Below are positions 24,613 through 38,190 of a stretch of DNA of 64,000 nucleotides, piece after piece (position 1 is the stretch's first letter; every line of letters starts with the position of its first letter). The notes beneath the pieces are model-generated. The model ran no database searches, had not been told where the DNA came from, and worked only from the letters and a program-made list of their open reading frames with translations. The translations under genes were made by a program, and so were the position numbers. The stretch comes from Octopus sinensis (taxonomy: Eukaryota): contig NC_042999.1 in assembly GCF_006345805.1 (NCBI RefSeq), positions 13,826,001 through 13,890,000 of the forward strand, given 5' to 3'.

Positions 24613-27600
24613 TACATAATAAAGAAATGAAACTTTTTTAATAACAATTCTTAATTTTTATGACTTTCTCATCATTATTATAACACCTGGCAGGAAAACA
24701 ATTTTCCACCATGTCTAATATATTTTTAATTTGGTGTGGGGGGTGTACAAAAGGAAGTCCCGCCTCCCGCCCTTGATTTGAAAAGAAGAAAATCATACAT
24801 TCTTTGAATTCAAAAGGTTTATTGAATCTATTTACACATCCATTACATTGGACAGATGCAGTGTTACCAGAAGAAAAATTTCTGTCGCAACAAGGAAAAT
24901 GTTTTGGATCTTTTCGGTTTGAACAACAGTTTTTTCTAGCGACGTCATATGAAATTGTCACCCATAATTATGACCCTAGTATTGATCTATTGCATTTCTA
25001 TCTGTTTTAAGGTTAGGGTTAGTTAGGGTTAGGGGTGGGGGAAGGGTATCTTTTTTTCTTCACAAATGTAAATAAACCCAATCTGTTTCTTAAACGAGGG
25101 ACATATTCATACGGCACAGAATGTTTTTTACCTCAATAGACGCCATTGATTGGTTGAAATTGCATGAAATTGAAGGAAAAAACAGCAAATATCTTACAGA
25201 CTATAGAATTTTCTCAATAAAGCCAAGAGAAAAAGATGTTTTGTAAACACATTCTACCAGTATACGAAACTTAAAATTTTTTAGTTACCTAGAAATTATG
25301 TTAAAAACTGCCGTTCAAACCGAAAAGATCCAAAGATACCCTTCCCCCACCCCTAACCCACCCTAACCCTAAAATAGATAGAAATGCAATAGATAGATAC
25401 TAGGGTCATAATTATGGGTGACAATTTCATATGACACCGCTAGAAAAAACTGTCGTTCAAACCGAAAAGATCCCACGTTTTTTTTTTGTTTTTAATTTTA
25501 CTTACGTCTCACGAGTCCTCGTTACCCCGCAAGAATTTAATTTTTACCCCACTTGAAGGTAATTAACCCCGGTTCGCCGAACCCTTGGCTGAAGGCATCA
25601 GTTAGTCTCAATCCGGACCTCAATGTGAGAGACTATAAAAACACGACTACAAGACCGAACTTTCGACCTCCAAAAATTTCAATATGAGCTCTGAGTGCAG
25701 ATACTAATGTATATATTTATTTTCCCTTGACGTAAAAACTGCTTTTGGCTCCATTCAGCAAGACACGTGTGTGGAGGAAGAGGAAAAAGACGATATAGAG
25801 AGAGAGCAAGTGGAGGAATAGCAGTATTAGTATTACTTATCTGAGCCACATGATTAGGGCGCCTAAAAACTGATAAGTATTAACAGCAAGAGCGATAACA
25901 CCTACACACGTTGATAGGGTCACAGCCTTCAAATGCAGTTACTAACAACAAAAATAATCTTCGAGGCCAGCGAAGAGTGTGCGTCTCCACTATTTGGTCG
26001 TTCGGCTTGTTAGAAATAGCAGCCAAATCTTCTTTAAGCCATGCAATATTGTCTTTAAATAAAGAAGGGCTGCATTGGATAATGTAACACGGATTATATA
26101 ATTTCTATAAAAAAAATTTAAAGGACCTTGTTGAATTTCTTCCAGCCACTTGATTTTTTTTTTTTGAAATGTAAATAACTTAGGAGTGGCTGTGTGGTAA
26201 GTAGCTTGCTTACCAACCACATGGTTCTGGGTTCAGTCTCACTGCGTGGCACCTTGGGCAAGTGTCTTCTGCTATAGCCTCGGGCCGATCAAGGCCTTGT
26301 GAGTGGATTTAGTAGACGGAAACTGAAAGAAACCTGTCGTATATATATATGTGTGTGTGTGTCTGTTTGTGTGTCTGTTTGTCACCTCCAACATCACTTG
26401 ACAACCGATGCTGGTGTGTTTACGCCCTCGTAACTTAGCGGTTCGGCAAAAGAGACCGATAGAATAAGTACTAGGCTTACAAAGAATAAGCCCTGGGGTC
26501 GATTTGCTCGACTAAAGGCGGTGCTCCAGCATGGCCACAGTCAACTGACTAAAACAAGTAAAAGAGTAAAGAGTAATAAAAAAGATATAACTTTTTTTTT
26601 ATTTTTTTATTAAGTATGTAATTTCTAAAAATTACCAAAATTCCGCCGAAATTATTTCTATCGAAGATGTAATTTCTAGAAAACTTTTCTAGAAATTAAT
26701 ATTAAAAAGAGGAAAAATGTCTGTAATTTTTGGTCATCAAGTAAATCTACATTTTTTTTTTGTTTTTTAAATAATGTGGTGAGAATTTGAAATACTTCAA
26801 ATGGCTGGAAGGAATTTAAGAAGTACCAAAGAAGAAAGAAAGAAAGTTGGATGATGACAACGTAAATATTTTTTCATCGCGTCGGTCCGGTCGATCAACC
26901 ACAAATAATCTGCGCGCAACTTACGTCAGAGGGCGTATAGAAGTTTATTATAGTAGTAAGTATCACAGATAGATATCAACAAACACGAAAAAAACATGCT
27001 ATTGTTGTTGTTTACAGTCGTCACAGGTCAACGCTGACATACGTGACGTACTATCCGACCGAACACGTTTTGAACGTGATCACCATGTAACCACAAACCT
27101 GAACTAACAAAGCTTAGAGGCATTCCACCTGTCTTTACGTTCTGAATTCAAATTCCGACGTAGTCGACTTAGCATTTCGTCCTTTCGAAATCGATAAAAT
27201 AAGTACCAGTTGAACCTGGGATCGATACAAATAGACTCCTCGACCCCCAAGAATGTCAGGCCACAATAGAAAGGGCACTACTTAAGAAGAGTGGTCCCAG
27301 TGCGCGCACTCGCGCAAGCTAGTCGTGACTAGTCGATCCTTTGTGTTTTTGTGTTTTATTTTTTTTATTATTTACTTCGTGTTTTTGTGTTTTATTTTTT
27401 TTTATTATTTACTTTGTGTAAAAAAATTATTTATTTTGTGTTTTATTTACTTTGCTAGGTAGTCGTTGTAGGATCGACTAGTCACGCGACTAGCTAGCGC
27501 GGATGCGCGAGTATGCGAGTGCGCGCACCGGGACCACTCTTCTTGAGTAGTACTGTAGAAAGGATTATTATTAGCATTATTAATCCTATTATAGTCACAA

Positions 27601-29559
27601 AGCCTGAAATTTGAGGGAGAACCTAGTCGATTATTATCGACTCAAATCCTCAACTGGTACCTATTTTATCGACCCGGAAGGGATAAAGGCTGAAGTCGCC
27701 CCCGGCAGAATTTGAACTCAGAACGTAAAGACGGACGGACGAAATGCCGCTAAGCATTATATTAGGAGTGGTAACGATTCTGCCAGCTCGCATGATTATT
27801 ATTATTATTACTATTATTAATATAATTAATCGGCAAGAGTTAATGAGTGACTCGAGAGCACAGAGTTTCGTGCATAGGTCCTTAACAAGTGATAAGTACC
27901 AACGCTCAAAATTCCCGGCCCTCGTTGTTTTGTAACTTCTACCGAATATTCTTTTCTACTCTAGGCACAAGGCCCGAAATTTTGGAGCAGAGGGCCAGTC
28001 GATTAGATCGACCCCAGTAGGATGAAAGGTAAAGTCGACATCGGAATTCAGAACATAAAGACAGACGAAATACAGCTAAGCATTTCGCCCAGCGTGCTAA
28101 CATTCCTTATTTCTTTATAGCCCACAAGGAGCTAAACATAGAGGGGACAAACAAGGACAGACAAGGGATTAAGTCGATTATATCGACCCCAGTGTGTAAC
28201 TGGTACTTAATTTATCGACCCCGAAAGGATGAAAGGCAAAGTCGACCTCAGAACGTACAGCTAAGCATTTCGCCCAGCGTGCTAACATTCCTTATTTCTT
28301 TATAGCCCACAAGGGGCTAAACATAGAGGGGACAAACAAGGACAGACAAAGGGATTAAGTCGATTACATCGACCCCAGTGTGTAACTGGTACTTAATTTA
28401 TCGACCCCGAAAGGATGAAAGGCAAAGTCGACCTCAGAACGTACAGCTAAGCATCTCGCCCAGCGTGCTAACATTCCTGCCAGCTCACCGCCTTCAACTG
28501 AATATTAATAATAATAATAAATATAATATATTCCTGTTTTGAGATCTATTTATCTATTTGCAACACCATCATACACGAATACACACAGATAGATATACAC
28601 ACAAAGGTGCCTCTATACAATAGCGTCAGAAATGACCTAGTGCACCAGAAACCGAATCTTTTACAGATATGTTTTTACCATAGTAAATAATAATATAATA
28701 ATAATAATAATAATATAATAATAATAATAATAATAATAATATAACTCTGTTACTCTTATACTTGTTTCAGTCATTTGACTGCGGCCATGCTGGAGCACCG
28801 CTTTTAGTCGTGCAAATTGACCCCAGGAGTTATTCTTTGTAAGCCTGGTACTTATTTTATCGGTCTCTTTTGCCGAACTGCTAAGCTACGGAGACGTAAA
28901 CACACCAGCATCGATTGTCAAGCGACATTGGGGGGACAAACACAGATACACAAACACAGATACACAAACATATATATATATGCACCACCTTTTAGTCGAG
29001 TAAATCGACCCCAGGACTTATTCTTTGTAAGCCTTGTACTTATTCTATTGGACTCTTTTGCCTAGCTGCTAAGTTATGGGACGTAAACACACCACCATCG
29101 GTTGTCAAGCAATGGTGGGGGGCCAAACACAGACACACAAACATATACATACATATACATATACATATATACGACAGGCTTCTTTCAGTTTCCATTTACC
29201 AAATCCACTCACAAGGCTTTGGTCGGCCCGAAGCTATAGTAGAAGACACTTGCCCAAGGTGCCACGCAGTGGAACGGAACCATGTGGTTGGTAAGCAAGC
29301 TACTTACCACACAGCCACTCAATAATATTAATCCTTTCTACTCTAGAGGCACAAGGCCTGAAATTTGGTGGGAGGGGGCCAGTCGATTAGATCGACCTCA
29401 GTACGCAACTGGTAGTTAATTTATCGACCTCGAAAGAATGAAAGGCAAAGTCGACCTCGGCGGAATTTGAACTCAGATCGTAAAGACGGACGAAATTGCG
29501 TTAAGCGTTTTGCCCGGTACGCTAACGATTCTGTCCGATCGCGGCCTAATAATAATAAT

Positions 29560-29990
29560 GCTTTCTTTATTCACCACTAAGGGGTCACAAAAAATGTTGG
29601 AAACGATACAGGACAATACAATGTAGGAATACATAAATAAGTGTGTAAAAAGTAGAAAAACGGTGACAATATGAAATCTAACGATGAAAGACGGAAATTT
29701 CCAAGGGCTGCTTGTGGGAACACCACAAAACTACGGTCACCCTGCCCATTAGGACAAGTGCCCTCTCCATACCGTCTTCCTTCAGTCTACAGGTGTATGA
29801 TTAGAGAAGGGCTGTTCATTCGGACTACCCTTGCCACAGTCACCCTTCTTTGAACAAAATTGCTGGGAGGCAGCACATTCCCCTCCACCCTCACTTTCCT
29901 TTTCAAGTGTAACTTGAAAAAGGTGACGAGGGCTTGGCCAAAGAGGAAAGTATCTGTTTTTAACCCTTTCAATCTAGTCCACCACATCTC
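29560..29990 (-). mobile_element. Tx1/L1-clade LINE 3' remnant
   Basis: Reads WWTRLKGL...LVTFFKLHLKRKVRVE...VARVV...IIHL*, resembling the Tx1/L1 ORF2 C-terminus, followed by a 3' UTR and (ATT)n. A homologous decayed fragment lies at about 17760-17897. Confidence 0.65.
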
Positions 29991-30014
29991 TAACTAATAA
30001 TAATAATAATAATG

Positions 30015-30571
30015 ATAAACGCCCTGGTGCAGTACCAGGCAGTGGCTCTCGTGGCTTCTGGTCTTAACTGATTGGAAGTGTTATTATGTACATTGTTTTG
30101 TCTTGCTATAAAAGATGGGCTACAGCAAATATTCTGCTCAATACCACAGATTTGCTTGTCAGTTGTTTGACCGTAACCAGTTGACCATGTTTCTTAGTGG
30201 CTGACGATATGTGCATCTCTGATCACGAGCAGAAGTAGTGGGGGGCATCATAGTCATGTGTTGAGAGGGATTCTTTGGGGTTTGAATAATCCACCTCTGG
30301 AAACATAGGTGCTTCGTTCAACATCCTTAAACAGCCCTTATTCAGGGACCTTTTGAGCGGGATGGGTTACTCGACCAGAAGAAAATTCTAACTGAGCCCA
30401 CCTGCAAGGTCATGTGCTGTTTATCTTGATATGAGATCACCATGTTGCGCACATATGGTTGTGATGCATGTGCCTAGTGTACCCTTATCAGACGGTTAGT
30501 CATGATGGGTATACTGGCTTCGTATATTTTACCCTAGTGTCACTTTGATGGCATGCACTGCTCTCTCACTC

Positions 30572-30572
<1 letters not shown>
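30015..30572 (+). repeat. Probable interspersed repeat (LINE 3' UTR-like) between (AAT)n tracts
   Basis: Ends ctctctcactc-(AAT)n. The family was not identified and only one copy is present here. Confidence 0.35.
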
Positions 30573-30618
<46 letters not shown>

Positions 30619-32039
30619 GAGAATTTGGGCGAATTTGAAGACAACCCTTCTTTTCCATAATATTTCAGTTTTGACGTTTTACAATTCTAATGTTTCAAAT
30701 TATTTCTGAAAATTCTTTTTTAATTGTTTTGCAAAATAAGTCAAAACTGAGAAATTACGGAAAGGACTTGCCGTCTTTTTTCCTTTATTTGTATTTTTTC
30801 TTTAATTGCAGGATCACAATCTACGATGCAGACATTCGACGGACGCGACTCTATTATATAGAAAAACTCATACAGACAGACAGACTGACAGACAGAGGAT
30901 CGAAAAGACTTCCCGAGCTACAGATTCTGTGGCGTATAAATTCTACATCAATCCTGGTCGGGATGCCAATTCGTCACAGGGTCACTCATTTTCTGCTAGT
31001 TGAGTGGACAAGAGTAATGTGAAATTAAGTGTTTTGCTCAAAAACGCAAAGTATCTATTTCTTTACTACCCACAAAGGACTAAACACAGAGAGGACAAAC
31101 AAGGACAGACAAAGGGATTGAGTCGATTACATCGACCCCAGTGCGTAACTGGTGCTTATTTAATCGACCCCGAAAGGATGAAAGGCAAAGTCGACCTCGG
31201 CGGAATTTGAACTCAGAACGTAACGACAGATGAAATATGGCTACGCATTTCGGCCGTCGTGCTAACGATTCTGCCAGCTCGCCGCAAAGTATAGCGCGTT
31301 CAAGGATCCGAAAACACAACTTTACAGTCGTGAGCGCAACATCGTAACCACAAAGCCATGCGTACGTACACACACATTACATACACATTACTCACACACG
31401 CATACATAGTTACATTGATCCGCGTACCTCTATTTTCAGAAGGTGTGTTGTGATTTGAGTGGGTTCTGCCTACAAGTTCAGCCTGCTCAAAAGACTACGA
31501 AGAAGTTTTTTAATCTTTGTCTTTACCATTTCATCAGAGAAGGAGGACTGTGAACACCAGCAGCGTAGCTATATTTTATACCACTTGGGATGGTTGATAG
31601 TTGAGTTGGCCCCTTTCAACACTATACCAAAAGCACAACCTAATTCTTACATACATGTCCTTAAGTTACAAAAACAAAAAATGCTGCCAGGCGTAGACCG
31701 TGCACTCCATGTAGTATTTTTAATACACCTATGATCCTTTCCACCTTTACTGTCCTGTTCTTGTTACCACTTTTACCCCTCCGCAAAAAATCCCAAATTT
31801 TATTTAATTTGCTTTGCGGGAAGGATTGTTTCAACGAAGTCGTGTCTTGCCCTTACCTTCGAAACACGGAGTAGACGAAGCAGGGACAGCTGAAGAAGGG
31901 GAATATTCCTTGTGTTGTATGCCTTGTACTCTGTTTTTTTTCGTTGTTTGAAAAAAGGCCGTTACCATGGTTTTGTTTTTATGTTTTCGTTTCTCATTGT
32001 GTTCGACGTTTTGTTTTTTTTTTTGGTGTCCTGTACCTA

Positions 32040-32200
32040 TATCATCATCATCATCGTTTAGCGTCCGCTTTCCATTGCTGGCATGGGTTGGACGGTTCAA
32101 CTGGGTCTGGGAAGCCAGAAGGCTGCACCAGGCCCAGTCTGATCTGGCAAAGTTTCTACGGCTGGATGTCCTTCCTAACGCCAACCACTCCATGAGTGTA
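32040..32200 (-). mobile_element. Short RTE 3' fragment
   Basis: Tail plus about 150 bp of the shared 3' end. Confidence 0.8.
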
Positions 32201-32339
32201 GAAATATATATGCATATATATATACATATAGATGTAGGTATATACATATATGTATGTATATATGCATATGTTTTATTTATTATTTTATTTATTATTATAA
32301 TAATAAATAAAACATATGCATATATACATACATATATGT

Positions 32340-32382
<43 letters not shown>

Positions 32383-32462
32383 TTTAAGTAGAGATTGTTA
32401 ACTTTAACAATACCCAGGAACATGCTAGAATTAAGGTTCTCTAATTGAGCTAATTTCCAATT

Positions 32463-32755
32463 TATGATTTCAATGGAGGCAATACCAGCGGAAAACTAGA
32501 GGAACATGACACATTATGCAATAGAATTTTCAATATATATGAGCACTTTCATTGGACATTAATAAATTAATATAAAGTTCCAGATAATACAGCACTAAAA
32601 CACACAAGTATATGAACATATAAATATTAAATATTTAAAAATACGCAAATATTTAAAATATTTTTATGAAAGTGCACATATATATTGAAAATTCTATTGC
32701 ATAACAGGTCATGTTCCTCTAGTTTTCTGCTGACATTGCTTCCATTGAAATCATA
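32463..32755. mobile_element. MITE with ~90-bp imperfect TIRs
   Basis: 32463-32552 is the reverse complement of 32666-32755 with scattered mismatches; TA flanks. Confidence 0.7.
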
Positions 32756-33353
32756 TATATATATAGCCCAGGGCCACCAAGACCAGTAGAAGAAAGGAAG
32801 TTATTCTCAAACCAGGAACTTAGTATGAACGTTTGCTGAAGTCACTCAAAGACCAGGTGGTGAGAGTAGGAGGAATTTGATGGGTGAACTATTGTCGATG
32901 AATGCCAAACAATAATTCTTTCTAATTTTGGCAAAGGACCAGTAATAACTGAAAGGAAAGTGCAATTCGATTATATCGATCCCAGTATTTGATTGGTACT
33001 CGACTGCATCGACCCCGGAAGAATGAAAGGCAAAGTCAACCTCAGCAGAATTTGAACACGGAATATTAAGATGGAAGAAATGCCGCTAAGCATTTTGTAA
33101 CGATTCTGTCATCTTGCCACCTTAGTTCTAACAATAATGAGGAAGACAATCAGGACGTCAAGTGAAGGAGGGTAACGAAAAGACGATCTGTTCGACCAGG
33201 GTTAAATATAACAACACACGATACATAAAGCATCGAAACTACGATGATATTTGGTTGATAATTGATGAGGGATAAATGTGTCAACGACCTTGATGTGTTT
33301 TTTTATCTGTTTTCCACACATTCCTTTGTCGTCATTCCGTGCAACATTTTGCT

Positions 33354-33409
<56 letters not shown>

Positions 33410-34779
33410 CATACATACATACATACATACAAGATCGAAATGTTTCCCGGGATATGACGTAAGATAACATTTTGTGGGTCTGAGATGGAATGAATCACTT
33501 CATTACACACAGTTCCATTGGTACAACAATGGTACGTTGGCCACTGGTAAACACACAACAGAGGAGAAATCAAATGTCATAAAGTGCTTGACATTCGACA
33601 TTTTCCGAGTGCTTTACCTAATAAAGTTGATATGCAGAAGAAACTGAAATATAAAGAGTACATCAAGTTTCTTTCGAAAGAAGAAACTTTAAATACACCA
33701 TGTCGAATACGTGCATTATACACTCACACATACACACGCCAGAATACAGATATATATATATATATATATATATAGAAACATATGTGGCTATGAGTATATT
33801 TATACATACATGATATGAGGTATCTAATGAGAGAGAAAGCACTGTTATAAATAGATAAAACATATATATGATGCAATTCATTATACGTATCATATATGTA
33901 TATACATTATCTATATCTGAATACACACACAGATATATATATATATATACAGGCAAAGGCAAGGCTGTGTAAGAAATTCAAATTACAACCACGTTTTTAG
34001 GTTCAGTGCTGCACCTTAGTAGTCGTGTGTGTGTGTGTACATACATATCCACATATACATAAATACGTATACATACGCACAAACATATATATGCATACAT
34101 ACACACACACACACACACATATATGCATACATACACATATATATGTATACACACACATACATATATGCAGACACACATACATATATATATGCATACATAC
34201 ACACACATATGTATACACACATAGAAATATATACATACACACATACATATATATGCATACACACACACATATATATGCATACACACACACACATATATAT
34301 GCATACACACACACACACACATATATGCATACACACACACACACATATATGCATACACACACACACACATACATACATACATATATATATACATACACAC
34401 ACACACGCATTTCATTATCTTCATCTTTTAATATACATCTTCAACGCTGGTGTGGGTCAGGCAATTTCACAGAATCCAAGGACTGCATTATGTTCCAGCA
34501 TCTGTTTTGGCACAGTTTGCATAGCTAGATGTCCTTCCTAACATCACATATACATACGTATATGTGGTGGTGGAGGGGATGTTTGTATATAGTAAGCACC
34601 TTTTGGTCTCATATATGCATATGTATGTATATATATATATACATATAACAAAGGGTGAAATTAATTAATTAAGAAGTAATCAGTAATTTCACCAAGTAGA
34701 ATTCGGCATGAAAAGGACCATTTCATGGTAAGTTTAAGCAATATATAGAGTATATATATATATATATATAATCGTAGCC

Positions 34780-35045
34780 GAAGCCAGGGCCGCCTTGACT
34801 GGCTTCCATAAAATGCACCAATCCGACCGTGGCCGATGCCAGCCTTGCCTGGCACCAGTGCAGGTGGCACGTAAAAGGCACCCACTACACTCACGGAGTG
34901 GTTGGCGTTAGGAAGGGCATCCAGCTGTAGAAACTTTGCCAGATAAGACCGGAGCCTGGTGCAGCCTTCTGGCTTCCCAAATCCCCGGTCGAACCGTCCA
35001 ACCCATGCTAGCATGGAGAACGGACGTTAAACGATGATGATGATA
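34780..35045 (+). mobile_element. RTE 3' fragment in (TA)n
   Basis: Shared 3' end with (GAT)n tail, flanked by (TA)n. Confidence 0.85.
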
Positions 35046-35574
35046 TATATATATATATATATATACAAGATAAGAAAATGGAGAAATACATCTAAATCAA
35101 ATATCAATTACCAGATAATACTCAATCACATACTTTATTAAACCACCACATAAGAGACTGTAGGGTTAAACATAAAAAAGCAGTGAGTATTATCTGGTAA
35201 TTGATATTTGATTTAGATGTATTTCTCCATTTTCTTATCTTGTATTAGTAATTCGTGGTAAATCATTTTACCTTTGCCCATATAATACAGTAAATGAATT
35301 GATTGCATCGCAATCCTTAACATTTATGTATTAACTTTGTTGGTTACTTCACTAGCAGTATATTGGATATATGTTATCCCATGGAGGGTTGCATTTACAA
35401 CCCCTATCTCAATTTATATATATATATATATATATATATAAACAGGTACATCTATACACGCACACACATATCTTTATACAAGTGTATGTGTATATATAAA
35501 TATATACACACACATACAGAGAGTGGGGTGGCTTAGGGAACTTCAATGAAGTCAGCCCCTATGTATATCTCTCA

Positions 35575-35976
35575 CATAACTTTCAGTGCCTCAGACATCC
35601 TTGCAGCAATAAATGAAACCAAACCTCACTCTGCAGTAGATCCAAATAGATTCCCTGCTAGTCCCCTGAAGGAACGCAGGCACCATTTTGCATCATCCCC
35701 TCCAACTAACCTGTGGAGAAAATCACGAGACACGCGCCACGTACCCAAACAGACCTTCTTCCAATCTATCGTCCCAGCTTTCAAAAATGGAAACACATCT
35801 CTTGCAGTTAACTATCGCCCAATCTCGCTCCCCTCTTGCATCAACTAAATATTTGAAAGGGTGATGTGTTAAGAAATAAATGGCTTCCTGGAGAGTAACA
35901 ATCTCCTAAATTCCAACCAATATGGCTATATTTGTGGCAGAGACTGCCTAACACAACTTCCGCACACTCAAGTTTG
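35575..35976 (+). mobile_element. Decayed CR1-like LINE RT fragment
   Basis: Reads DILAAINETKPHSAVDP...IVPAFKNG...NYRPISL, followed in a shifted frame by IFERV...FLESNNLLNSNQYG. Confidence 0.85.
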
Positions 35977-36277
35977 GAGTGTGACATCGACTTCACTAAC
36001 TGGGAGGAAACGGCAAAAAACAGACCACTAAGGAAAACCACCATCCATGAGGGAACGGCGACTTTCGAGTCGAAAAGGTCTGCAGAGCTGGAGGAGAAAA
36101 GATGACGACGGAAGGAGCGCCAACAACAACCACGTGCGACTCTCCCTTCTGGCACTAGATGTCCGCACTGCGACCGATCTTTTCAAGCAAGAATTGGTCT
36201 TATCGGTCACCTACGGACTCACCAGTAAATTTGCGCGAAGACCATCATCCTCGACCTTGAGGGATTGCCATCACACT
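35977..36277 (+). mobile_element. RTE (BovB-like) LINE 3' fragment inserted in the CR1 remnant, with a 14-bp TSD
   Basis: One frame reads CDIDFTNWEETAKNR...CPHCDRSFQARIGLIGHLRTHQ* (TAA 36226-36228), the C-terminal zinc-finger motif of RTE ORFs. The TSD cacactcaagtttg is at 35963-35976 and 36278-36291. Confidence 0.85.
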
Positions 36278-36663
36278 CACACTCAAGTTTGACTTGGTCT
36301 TCTCCGGAGATAATCTTTTGAAGCTACGAGTCATCTGCAAATAGTTTTCTTTTATTATGCTACAGATGTTATTTAGAGAAGTGGACCCAACACAGTCCCT
36401 TGGGGGTCACCAATGGAGACTTTTGGTGGGCTTCAATAGATTCCATCAATCCCAGAATGCTGGATTCCATCAATTGCACCAGTGAAACAGCCTTCCATGG
36501 ATTCCAAAGTTGGATAGTTTTAAAACTAGAATGTTGTGATCATTCTGCCGAAGGCTCTGCTTCAATTAAAATAACATCCATGTTTAAGCCCTCTCCCAAA
36601 ACTTTGTACTTAAATATACATCATTATCATCATGATTTTAATGGCCGCTTTTCCATGCGTTAA

Positions 36664-37123
36664 CCCTTTTGTTACTGTATTTATTTTGAGATGCTCTGTG
36701 TTTCTTTCAATTACTTTAAATATAACAAAAAATTTAGTAAAATAAGTTATCATTAAGCTGGTGTTAGGAACATAAATTGTGACTAAGGCTTGCTGGAAGA
36801 TTTTAATTCAAAACTTATGAAAACAAGACATTTGTATTACATAGCAAGAGGCAGTTTCATCCAGGTTGGTATCAAAAGGGTTAAAAATATCATGGTGACT
36901 TCAACCCTTTTGTTACCGCATTTCTGATGAGATGCTCTGTGTTTTTTTCAATTAATTTTAAATATAAAGAATTTAGTAAAATAACTTCATTATCATTAAG
37001 CTAGTGTTAGGAACATAAATTGTGACTAAGGTTTGGTGGATGATTTTAATTCAAAATTTATGAAAACAAAACATTTGTACTACAGAGACAGAGCCGGTTT
37101 AAGCTGGGTTAGTATCAAAAGGG
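36664..37123. mobile_element. Two adjacent piggyBac-type MITEs (36664-36880 and 36905-37123)
   Basis: TTAA|CCCTTTTG...CAAAAGGG|TTAA termini. The two ~218-bp copies are homologous. A related family lies at 40857-41063 and 58755-59576 (the latter interrupted by a SINE). Confidence 0.8.
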
Positions 37124-37409
37124 TTAAATAGGAGAGATGGAATTCGTTGAAGATTTTCTATGGCTGAGTGTCCTTCTCATTACCGACCCTTATCCGTTTC
37201 CAAATAAGGTAATATTTACCTTGATTGGACACATTTTCAGGGAAATCTGGAAATAAATGACACCACTTATATGAGGGTGATGCTTTTTCTTCACAACTAG
37301 CACAATATCAAGACAAGGAAACACAAACCCTTTTCATCAACATCATCTTCATTTAGGGTCTGTGTTCTATGCTGGCAGCATGTGTTGAACAAATTACACA
37401 ACATCATCA

Positions 37410-37924
37410 TCATCGTTTAACATCTGCCTTCCATGCTGGCATGGGTGGGCCGGTTTGATAGGAGCTAGCCAGACAGAAGCTTTCACCAGACTTCTGTGAT
37501 CGTTCTGGCAGGATTTTTACAGCTGGAAGCCCTTCTTAATGCCAACCACTCAGCAGAATGGACTTAGTCCTTTTTACATGGCATAAGCACATGCAAGGTC
37601 AGTTTTGGCAAGGTTTGTATAGCCAGATGCCATTCTGAACACCAACCATTGTTTTAGCTTCAGCATGGAAAACGGACGTTAAACGATGATGATGAATGAA
37701 TGATGCCACCTCACTGGCTAGACAAGCAGGCCAACACTCCTTCTTTATCAGAGGCTATACTGTTACAAGGGTACCCATTTACAGCTGAGTAGACTGGGGC
37801 AGCATGAAATGAAGTGCTTTGTTCAAGAACACAACATGCCACCTAGTCCAGGAACTGAACCCATGATCTAGCAATTGGGAGCACAATGCCCTGACCATTA
37901 TATACACACAAACACATTAAATAA

Positions 37925-37994
<70 letters not shown>

Positions 37995-38190
37995 TCATCA
38001 TCGTTTAATGTCCGCTTTCCATGCTGGCATGGGTTGGACGGTTCGACTGGGGTCTGGCAAGCCAGGAGGCTGCACCAGGCTCCAGTCTGATCTACAGCTG
38101 GATGCCCTTCCTAACGCCAACCACTCCGTGAGTGTAGTGGGTGCTTTTTACGTACCACTGACACAAGGGCCAGAGGAGACTGGCATATAT
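37410..38190. mobile_element. Cluster of three RTE 3' fragments (37410-37560 -, 37610-37695 +, 37990-38190 -)
   Basis: Shared 3' motifs; the first two copies are diverged. Confidence 0.7.

Noticed and set aside
25012-25047. Interstitial telomere or chromosome-fusion site
   Set aside because: There are only 2-3 TTAGGG units and they are an internal part of MITE A.
31815-31910. Further hammerhead-like text (gaag..cttcgaaac; ctgaagaaggggaatattcc)
   Set aside because: The core or stems are incomplete. It is possibly a decayed Penelope end but cannot be supported as a ribozyme.
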